Shown here: piece after piece, positions 1-7,710 of the stretch | Position numbering within the stretch: position 1 is the stretch's first letter | Layout: the number at the start of each line of letters is the position of its first letter | From: Octopus sinensis | Lineage: Eukaryota | Direction of reading: 5' to 3' | Length of the DNA: 16,340 nucleotides | NCBI RefSeq assembly: GCF_006345805.1 | Contig: NW_021825192.1 | Coordinates: forward strand, 1-16,340 | Translations under genes and position numbers: made by a program | The notes under the pieces: model-generated | Told to the model about the DNA's origin: nothing | Database searches by the model: none | Seen by the model: only the letters and a program-made list of their open reading frames with translations

Positions 1-410
1 GTGTGTATGTGTAGGTATGCATGGGTACACATATGTATATATAGTGTAATATATATATATATGTGTATGTATATATATGTGTATATGTATGTGTATGTAT
101 GTATATATATGTGTATGTATGGTATGTGTGGGTGTTATATATATTGTGTATGTGTATATATGTGTATATAGGGACTAGTGTGCTGTGTGCGCATGTGTGT
201 ATGGATTTGTGTTGTATGCGTGTATGTGAGTATGTGTGTGTATGTGTATATATATTTTTTCTGTTTGTATATGTATGTGTGGTCGTGTGTGTATATATAC
301 ATGTGTGTATACGTGTATGCAAGTGAGTATGTGTATGTATACATATATATGTGTATGTGTAGATATGTACATGTATGTGTGAGTGTATATATGTGTGTAT
401 GTGTAGAGGT
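1..410. repeat. Degenerate (TG)/(TA)/(TATG) microsatellite
   Basis: Continuous gtgtgtatgt/atatat low-complexity sequence. The ORFs here (63..414) are translations of it. Confidence 0.97.
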
Positions 411-454
411 ATAAGTGAGAATCTCCTTATTACCTAAACTCTATTCCCCCCTTT

Positions 455-625
455 ATATATATATATATTTTTTTTTATATTTTTTTATTTTTTTAATTTT
501 TTTTATTTTTTATTTTTATTTTTTTTATATTTTTTTTTATTTTTTATTATTTATTTTTAATTTTTAATTTTTTATTTTTTAATTTTTTATTTTTATTTTT
601 TATTTATTTTTTATTTTTTATTTAT
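455..625. repeat. T-rich low-complexity tract (T4-8A units)
   Basis: Repeated tttttatttt sequence. Confidence 0.95.
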
Positions 626-629
626 TCTC

Positions 630-821
630 CTATCTAATTTAACACTGACCCCTGACCACTCCCCCAAGTATGATTTTTTGCGCTATGCCTACCCCCAAAA
701 AGTCCCCCACCAACACCCCTTTAACTCTGCCTAAATGTATAAATACCAATACAATTCTTGTTAACTAGCTCCTGAAGATTTCTCTTGAATGAAACAGTTC
801 TAGTCCTGTAGAAGCTCCTTC
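630..821 (+). mobile_element. Probable Penelope-like pseudo-LTR remnant ending in a hammerhead motif
   Basis: Non-repetitive segment with TATAAATA at ~738-745, then a hammerhead-type core (CTGAAGA 772-778, GAAA 791-794), ending at a (TA)n tract. This layout is typical of PLE pLTRs. No coding part is present. Confidence 0.5.
767..816 (+). ncRNA. Type I hammerhead ribozyme motif (HH-A)
   Basis: Stem I agctc (767-771) / ga(a)gct (811-816) with one bulge. Core CUGAAGA 772-778. Stem II is weak: a U.U pair then UUC/GAA with a UCUU loop. GAAA 791-794. Stem III ACAG/CUGU. Predicted cleavage triplet GUA, after 810. Confidence 0.6.
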
Positions 822-827
822 TATATA

Positions 828-878
<51 letters not shown>

Positions 879-907
879 TATATATATATATATATATTAT
901 AATATAT
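822..907. repeat. (TA)n microsatellite
   Basis: Direct reading. Confidence 0.97.
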
Positions 908-1100
908 AAATAGATGAGTGTATTTTACCTTGTTAACAATTATACGGAAAAATAAATAAATAGTTACCAGGGCAGCAAAAATCTCACAAGTAAAGATGTT
1001 GTAACTCCTTGTTTATAAAGGTTGAACTTCGTGTTTACGTTGAATATTGAATAATATGAATAAAAAATGGAGTTAACGCAGGTTTAAAACAAGTATTTTT

Positions 1101-1186
1101 ACTTTCTACATATGTTTCGAAAATTCCGCTGATACTATTCAAATGAATAAAAGGTATAAACAATGCAATCTTCTCTTCGGGAAAGT
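1101..1186 (-). ncRNA. Type I hammerhead motif (HH-B1), variant core CCGAAGA, long stem II insert
   Basis: Minus strand: stem I actttc/gaaagt (6 bp), core CCGAAGA, stem II gaagatt/aattttc enclosing ~40 nt, GAAA, palindromic stem III ACAUAUGU, triplet GUA. Predicted cut between 1107 and 1106. Confidence 0.75.
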
Positions 1187-1387
1187 GAAAAAACGAAACT
1201 CGTCAATACGACATTTTAGCAAAAAATGATGGATTCGTATAGCGATAGACAGAACGCTATTAATATTGTTTAAAAAAACGTTATGTGATATAAACGTCAT
1301 AAGTAGCTAACAGAAAGAGTAGGGATATTAATAGTGAATGTTAAATATAAAGGAAATTAAAGTTTAAACTATATATAATGATAGAGA

Positions 1388-2889
1388 CTACTTATATGCA
1401 CTAAAAGTATGTTTCTGCCAATGCTTACATCTGTATGCTCGTTCTATACCGTGTTTACTAGGGTATTTTTAGAAAAAATAATGAAAAATAGCTCAGAATT
1501 GCAGAGAAGACAGAATTTCTTGCCTTTGTCATATGGTATCGAAATTGAGAGGATCAACCATTCTAATGAAATTGTTCATTGTGGTCTTTTAAATCCCAAA
1601 TCAGTTTGCTGAGACCAGTACTATTCCGTTATTTCTATCCCTAAATGTTGAGTAATGGATAGAAATTCTTTTAATAACTCTAACGATGTGCTTCCAATGT
1701 AAAATCGTACTTTATTACGAGTACTGATTATACACTGGTATATAGAATTTTTAATCTTAGAGTTACTTGACATAAATTTAATTCTATTGAATTGACTTCA
1801 GATACAATAACCTTGTTATTAATATTTCTAGAGGGTTGGATGGTATTAGCTAAATTAATGTTAGTATTAGTAATGTATTAATATTTAACAGTTTGTTTAT
1901 ATGAGAAGATATATTTGCAAGAGATTTTTTGTGTTTGAAAAACCTATCCTAACCTTATGTGAATTAATTATAGAGTAATATCTAGAATTGTTTTGAAAAT
2001 TCCTAGCAATAGCTTGACGAAACAGCAGTGGGAGATTAGATTTAATTTGTCTACCGTAAGGAATTATTAACCAAATATTTTTACTAGTATTCATAGCGTA
2101 ATTACTTTTGAAGGTGTTATATTTACTTTTAGATCGGTAATAGGGGAATAAATAAGGGTTATCTGCCTTCATTCGCTTTGTATCGGTGCGTAAGTTATGT
2201 TTGTTATCAATAATTCTTTTACGACTAGAAATCTATCTACATTATTGAATTTACAATTAGACTGAGCAGAATCAATGTAGAAAATTTTTTCTGTATAACC
2301 TGCTTTGATTAAGGCAGAGTTATAGAATTCAGCGTTTTATTGAAAATATCAACATTAGCAGATAATTTAGATAATCTAAATGAAATATTTTAACTAAATT
2401 CTTAGTAATTGCTCCAGGATGATTACTAAATTTGCTAATGTACTTAAGATTGGTCAACGGTTTATGATATGGGAAGTACGAGTCACTGTGTAAATTAAGC
2501 GTAATATCTAAAAAGTTGGCCTTCGTCAGATCGTCATCAAAAACGATTTTTAAGCCCAAGCCCTACTGAAAAAATTAACTAAACTATTCTTAACTTTTTG
2601 TACACTTTTGGTTGGAAACATTTTGGAGGTAAAGTAAACAATCATCACGATATAGACCTCCATAAATGTTAGGGAACTCTTCAGCCATTTCAAAAAGAAT
2701 ATATATACAGACCAAATCAGCTATCTGTGCTGAATCAGAACTTCCCATTGGTATATCGAAACTATCTGGTGTGTCTTTACGGACCCACAACTTATCATCA
2801 AATTTAATAATAGATCTTCTGGCTGCCAACACAACATTAATTTCTTCTCGGGTGAGACCAGCCTTGTTATGAGCAAGCCAAAATATATA
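1388..2889 (-). pseudogene. Frameshifted PLE polyprotein C-terminal half: RT palm/thumb, linker, GIY-YIG endonuclease
   Basis: Manual minus-strand translation across about a dozen 1-2 nt indels gives, in order: EEINVVLAARRSIIKF..LWVRKD..FDIPMGSSDSAQIADLV..GGLYRDDCL (RT core, YRDD at ~2640-2651); FLDITLNL..YFPYHKP..SNHP (thumb); FYNSALIKAGY; NIWLIIPY..KVRIGFSNTKNL; NSIYQC..FYIGSTS..RISIH..STGLSKLIWDLKD..W..PYDKGKKFCLLCNSE..RCKHWQKHTFSAYK* (GIY-YIG-type nuclease). N-terminal RT motifs are missing. Confidence 0.92.
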
Positions 2890-3095
2890 TTCTTTCATAT
2901 ATTTATATTTAAAAAAAAAACATACAAATTTCCACACGAAAGCACGTAACTTCAAACGTGTCTTCTCTGATGTGAATTTGCTACCCAGGTATCGGTTAAC
3001 CGAATTATCCATAACAAGATAATTCATTCAACTACTTATATATATATATATATATATATACTATATTAATGAAGCTGCAAAGACATCACAGAAAC
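2889..3095. repeat. Segment D: direct duplicate of 4085-4343
   Basis: attctttcatatatttatattt..catacaaatttccacacgaaagc..ctacccaggtatcggttaaccg..caactactt(AT)n..tgaagctgcaaagacatcacagaaac occurs twice. The copies differ in (AT)n length, poly-A length, a few 1-nt indels and a 2-nt (AC) difference right after the (AT)n. Confidence 0.95.
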
Positions 3096-3450
3096 ATACT
3101 TTTAGTGCATATAAGTAGTCTCTATCATTATATATAGGTTAAACTTTAATTTCCTTTATATTTAACATTCACTATTAATATCCCTACTCTTTCTGTTAGC
3201 TACTTATGACGTTATATCACATAACGTTTTTTTAAACAATATTAATAGCGTTCTGTCTATCGCTATACGAATCCATCATTTTTTGCTAAAATGTCGTATT
3301 GACGAGTTTCGTTTTTTCACTTTCCCGAAGAGAAGATTGCATTGTTTATACCTTTTATTCATTTGAATAGTATCAGTGGAATTTTCGAAACATATGTAGA
3401 AAGTAAAAATACTTGTTTAAACCTGCGTTAACTCCATTTTTTATTCATAT
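3089..3450 (+). repeat. Inverted copy of the PLE 3' end (pLTR), reverse complement of 1054-1417
   Basis: Alignment by eye shows about 4 differences in ~362 nt (2 substitutions, 2 single-base indels). An inverted pLTR at the truncated 5' side is a known Penelope arrangement. Confidence 0.95.
3319..3404 (+). ncRNA. Type I hammerhead motif (HH-B2), inverted copy of HH-B1
   Basis: actttc (3319-3324), CCGAAGA (3325-3331), gaagatt..aattttc, GAAA (3387-3390), catatg, TA (3397-3398), gaaagt (3399-3404). Confidence 0.75.
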
Positions 3451-3635
3451 ATATATATATATATATAACTAGTACATATATATTTCTTTTAACAGAATGT
3501 GTATATATTGAAGAAATAACTCATTAAATAAAACTAGTACTTATATGTTGTGAGTCTGTTTGCCTACTTTCTCAAGGTTGGTATGTAGGCAGTGTGTTAC
3601 ATATAAGCAAGAGAATAATAGCTTTTACAGAGAAA

Positions 3636-3837
3636 TGTATGTATGAATATATGTATGTAAGAATGTATGTATGTATACATGTATATTATCTAAACACCAA
3701 AACAGAGACACACATGTACAGATATATATGTATATATGTATATATATATATATGTATTTATGTATATGTATATATATATATGTGTGTGTGTGTGTGCGTG
3801 TGTGTGTATGTGTTTATATATATATATATATATATAT
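3636..3837. repeat. Compound (TATG)/(TA)/(TG) microsatellite
   Basis: Direct reading. Confidence 0.93.
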
Positions 3838-4098
3838 GAAAGAATGGAGTTGAACGATGAATTAACAAAATTCCTTTATTTTCGACATATGTTTCGAAGG
3901 CTGCATATTCCTAATTGCGAAGGAATAAGGAGTATATTATGCCGCTTTCTCATCAGGAAAAGCAAGGAACTTATGTCAACATCAAGATGCACAAAAAACT
4001 TTTATATGACTGCTCACACGGAGCCCACTATGGGCTCCGTGTGAGCAGTCATCTAAAAGTTTTGTTAATTCGTCTTTCAACTCCATTCTTTCATATAT
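3832..4098 (-). mobile_element. 267-bp non-coding PLE-related module: 39-bp inverted ends, hammerhead and long internal hairpin
   Basis: 3832-3870 and 4060-4098 are inverted repeats (37/39). The module contains HH-C (3879-3961) and a palindrome (3995-4063). Its end motif atgaa..aatggagtt..aacg..catatgtttcga is shared with the pLTR at 1054-1120. Confidence 0.7.
3879..3961 (-). ncRNA. Type I hammerhead ribozyme with fully canonical core (HH-C)
   Basis: Minus strand: stem I ttttc/gaaaa, CUGAUGA (3956-3950), stem II gaaagcggcata/tatgcagccttc (10 of 12 paired, G-C closing), GAAA (3895-3892), palindromic stem III ACAUAUGU, triplet GUC. Predicted cut between 3884 and 3883. Confidence 0.88.
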
Positions 4099-4229
4099 TT
4101 ATATTTAAAAAAAACATACAAATTTCCACACGAAAGCACGTAACTTCAAACGTGTCTTCTCTGATGTGAATTTGCTACCCAGGTATCGGTTAACCGAATA
4201 TCCATAACAAGATAATTCATTCAACTACT

Positions 4230-4265
<36 letters not shown>

Positions 4266-4343
4266 ATATATATATTATATGATATATATATAATATATAT
4301 ATATATACACTATATTATGAAGCTGCAAAGACATCACAGAAAC
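4085..4343. repeat. Segment D': direct duplicate of 2889-3095
   Basis: See segment D. This copy has a longer (AT)n at ~4230-4307. Confidence 0.95.
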
Positions 4344-4444
4344 TGTTTTTCTGATGTATTTGCAGCTTCATTAATAAAGCATATTACACTACCTCCAGTA
4401 TTCGAGCACTATTTTTTCCACCTTATTTCACATTTACGTGCTTA

Positions 4445-4547
4445 CTCTCTCTCTCTCTCTTTCTCACACACACACACACACACACACACACAACACACAC
4501 AAACACACATACACACACACACACAACCCCCCACACACACACACACA
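4445..4547. repeat. (CT)n + (CA)n microsatellite
   Basis: Direct reading. It lies at the 3' side of the adjacent minus-strand SINE. Confidence 0.95.
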
Positions 4548-4713
4548 CGACGGGCTTCTTTCAGTTGCCGTTTACCAAATCCACACAGAAGTTGTTGGTC
4601 GGCCCAGGTCTATAGTAGAAGATATTTGCCCAAGGTGTCATACAGTGGGTCTGAACTTGTAGAACCATGTAGTTTAGAAGCAGACTTCTTAACACTTGGC
4701 CACGCCTTCACCT
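4548..4713 (-). mobile_element. tRNA-derived SINE, 5' half (family 1)
   Basis: Minus strand reads ggtgaaggcgtggccaagtgtta (A-box-like), aagttcagaccc (B-box-like), caccttgggcaaatatcttctactatag, ggaactgaaagaagcccgtcg-like end (ggcaactgaaagaagcccgtcg), then (TG)n. It resembles an abundant Octopus SINE from memory; the head is similar to 12704-12770. Confidence 0.75.
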
Positions 4714-4734
4714 ACAAAGATAGGTGCCCACCAG

Positions 4735-4872
4735 AAAATTTGTGGAAGGGATTTAGTCGTTTTAACCGACCCTAGTAATTCATTTATAATTTATTTCATG
4801 GACGCCGGGTCGATGGAGGCAAAGTTGGCCGCGACGGGATTTGAACTCGGAGTACAGAAAGCCGAAATAAAT
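4735..4872 (-). mobile_element. Degenerate SINE (family 2)
   Basis: The reverse complement contains tatttcggctttctgtactccgagttcaaatcccgtcgcggccaactttgcctccatcgacc, homologous to tatttcgtctgcgctacgttctgagttcaaattccgcagaggtcgaccttgc at ~12550-12601. Confidence 0.7.
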
Positions 4873-4879
4873 ATAACAT

Positions 4880-5905
4880 AGGAACAAGCTCTACATAAAG
4901 TATAACAGATACATGGGGTTACAGAGAGTCAAAGAGGAAATAATATAGAAATAAAGCAACGTCTGGTTAATAAAACAAAAAAAAAAAAGAAGGAATGCAA
5001 GTACCAACAAAGAATAAACCAATTAATAGAAGAGGCTCTTCAGAAGCATTGAAAAGAGAATGAACATCATGTGAATGATACACCAAATGTCGAAGAAGCA
5101 AGTAACTTTCGCTCAGATATTTGGAATAAAGAGGTTCAGCATAACACGAAAGCGGACTGGTTACGGAAATTTAAAAGAGAAGTTGGAAAATGGAATAAAA
5201 CAAGAGAATAATAACTTTTACAGAAAAGAAACTGAAGATGCCTAAGTAAATACCAAATTGGAAAGCCTCTGGACAAGATTGTGTTCGAGAATTCTGGGTT
5301 AAAAGCCTCACCAGCATGCAGAGTTATATACAACCGTTTTTTACTGGTTGTATAGAAATTAGAACACCAACATGGATGACAAAAAGAAGGATAGTCTTAA
5401 TACAGAAGGACAAAGAAATGAGAAAGGATGTCAGTAATTAGTCGTCTATTACATGCTTATAATTGCTTTGGAAATTATTAATTGGTTTCATAGCAGATGA
5501 AGTGTTTCGCTTTCCGGAGAAAGAGAATGCATTATCATAAGAACCAAAAACGTCAAGAACTGCTGGTCTGTTGTGTATTGAGAGTCTGATATTATGTGAG
5601 ATACGAATAAGAAAGAACTTAGCTGCTGATTGGATTAACCTCTTAAAGGTATTCGTTAATGTAGTACACTATTGGCTTTTGAAGTGACTGAGGATACTCG
5701 GGGGTCAATGAGAAGATTAAAAAGTCTTTTAGAAACAGCTTTCAGATCATTGGAAGTGGATGTAACATGAAAAAGTAAATTAGGAAATGTGAAACTACGG
5801 AGGGAATATTTCAAGGAAATTCACCCTCTCCTTTCCCCCCCTCCCTCTTTCACTTCCTCTCTCTCCCTTTCCCTCTCACTCTCCCCCCTCTCTCTTCTTA
5901 TATAT

Positions 5906-5950
<45 letters not shown>

Positions 5951-7430
5951 TCACTCTCTCCATTACTTTTTGTTATTGCGTTAACTCATCTGCGAAGCAT
6001 ATTGAGAAAATCCAGTCCTGTCCACGAACTTGGCTAGGTAAAAATAAATCATTTGTAAAAATAAATTATTGGGATTATCTCAAAATATATACACCGTAAA
6101 TGAAAAATTTCTGGGTTTTCTTGTTCAAACAGTTAGGAATCTTTCGCGAGGATATCGATCTGCAGTTTGGGGTGAATAAGTACAGAATTTTAATAATGAA
6201 GAGAGGTTAAAAGATTTAGCAAATCTGATGATATAAATATACCATAAGCTGATACCATTAGATCGGTGAGACATAATGAATGATACAAATCCCTAGGGAT
6301 GCCGCAGGATGATAAGGTAATAGAAAGAGAAATGAGAGAGAGAGGGGGTGGAGAGTCTCCAAAGCATATAAACGAAAGATTAGGAAGGTGCTCAAAACAG
6401 AACTAACCGGAAGTAATGCCAATCAAGGTAATCGATATGTAAGCCATGTAAGAGTTTCGAGATACTCTCTTCCTTTTCTAAAGTGGACAAAGACAGAGCA
6501 ACAGGAATTAAATAGAAGAACTAGAAAGCTTCCTATAATGGATAACGTATTCCTCCCTAAAAATAATATTGGCAGGCTCTACTTACCCAGAAAGGAAAAA
6601 AAGCAGAAGACTGTTAAATGCAGAAGACACCGTCAGTACTGTGATGTTCGTTTTGAAAAACTATATTGTGCGTAGTGAACAGAGAATATTATCTGCAGCC
6701 TGAAACAACAAAGAAGTCACTGAAATGGTAAAAGAATTCAGAAACAGTGGGGAAAACGACAAAAGCATATAGCTGAAAAGAGAATGAATTACATGCCCAA
6801 TTTATATAACAAACTGAGAATGTTGGTTGTGGTTAACAAATGAAAAACTGAATCACTGATTATAGTTGTTAGGGAGGAAACTAATAGAACAAACTTGATA
6901 AAGGCAAAGGTTGATAAAACTCAGGCAGACAGCAAACACAGAACGTATAGGAAAGGTAATGAAAGTATTAACCATCTCCTAAGTGAGTGCAGTAAGTTAG
7001 CACAGAAAGAACATAGAAGTAGGTATGTCAAACATCCAAATACACTCTTTCAGACGAAAAACCGGTATAAACACGAGTTAGAGGCTGATATGGCGAATGA
7101 TAATTACAGGATTTTAAGCAAGAAGGCTAGACATGATCGTAGGGAATAGAAACTAAAGTTTAAGATCATAGACTTGGTAATAGAGTGGATATCAAAGTAA
7201 CAGAGAAATATCAGAATCTAGCCAGAGGCACGAAGACATTGTGAAACATAGAGATGAAAATTGTTTCTGTAGTAATTGGTGCATCAATACAATACATAAA
7301 CTGCTGGTGTTGGGGTGGGATGGGATGGAATTGAGACTAGCACTGTCGACCTGAAAAAAAAATGCCATCCTGCATTCCACCAGAATCCAAAGAAAGATTC
7401 TTGACATTTCAAGAGACTTCTTACCAAACC
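4880..7430 (+). mobile_element. Decayed R4/Dong-type non-LTR retrotransposon (RT, CCHC knuckle, restriction-like endonuclease), 5' truncated
   Basis: Plus-strand fragments in order: EEASNFRSDIWNKEVQHNTKADWL; PNWKASGQD..FWVKSL; PTWMTKRRIVLIQKD..SN*SSITCL..WKLL; RKNLAADWI; RRxIFQG..SLSPLLFVIAL; WDYLKIY (decayed MDDLKLY); EDIDLQFGVNK; VLKTELTGSN..FLKWT..LNRRTRKL..IGRLYLPRKE; IKAKVDKTQADSKHRTYRKGNESINHLLSECSKLAQKE (decayed CCHC); EKYQNLA..VSVVIGA; [16 protein letters not shown]. Many stops and frameshifts. Confidence 0.9.
5821..5961. repeat. CT-rich + (TA)n insertion of 130 bp within the LINE RT motif
   Basis: Bounded by tcaccctctcc (5821-5831) and tcactctctcc (5951-5961). The RT motif resumes after the second copy. 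Confidence 0.85.
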
Positions 7431-7451
7431 TCAGGAAAGCATCCGAGTGGT

Positions 7452-7501
7452 GCGTGTGTGCGTGAGTGTGTGTGTGTGTGTGTGTGCGTGTGTGTGCGCG
7501 C

Positions 7502-7541
<40 letters not shown>

Positions 7542-7571
7542 GTGTGTGTGTGCGTGTGTGTGTGTGTGTGT
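7452..7571. repeat. (TG)n/(TGCG) microsatellite
   Basis: Direct reading. Confidence 0.97.
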
Positions 7572-7710
7572 CTTTCTGCTTGTGTTTGTCCCCCGCGACC
7601 GCTAAAAAGAATAATTAGAAGTACCAAGTACAATTCATTCGTCTGGAAATTCTTTAAGGCGTGAACCAATATGGCCGCAGTTGAATGATTGAAACAACGA
7701 AATTTCTTTT
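7572..7710 (+). mobile_element. Degenerate 3' tail of SINE family 1
   Basis: tgtgtttgtcccc..aaggcg..atatggccgcagttgaatgattgaaacaa follows (TG)n and matches my recollection of the SINE tail (catggccgcagtcaaatgactgaaaca). Recognised from memory only. Confidence 0.55.

Larger units (their letters stand above)
908..2889 (-). mobile_element. 5'-truncated Penelope-like retroelement (RT + C-terminal GIY-YIG endonuclease) with 3' pLTR, hammerhead and terminal extension abutting (TA)n
   Basis: Minus-strand RT and endonuclease motifs (see pseudogene entry). After the stop at 1388-1390 comes a 3' UTR with a hammerhead at 1186-1101. The segment 1054-1417 recurs as an inverted copy at 3089-3450. Confidence 0.9.

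Noticed and set aside
1-414. Four overlapping ORFs of 65-87 aa
   Set aside because: They are translations of a TG/TA microsatellite (alternating V/Y/C/M or T/H/Y/I). The same applies to the ORFs at 3594-3853, 4317-4775, 7362-7669, 8420-9763 and 12772-13028.
2935-2985. cgaaagcacgta..ctgatgtg as a further hammerhead (also in D')
   Set aside because: The core reads CTGATGT rather than CTGANGA, and no stem III or stem I can be formed.
2590-3027. 145-aa ORF as a complete RT gene starting at Met 3027
   Set aside because: The N-terminal ~46 codons come from non-coding segment D fused at ~2889. Only the rest is RT.
3496-3549. Possible 54-nt exon (tttcttttaacAG ... GTGAGT)
   Set aside because: All three frames contain stops. 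Splice-like words are common in AT-rich DNA, and there is no other support.
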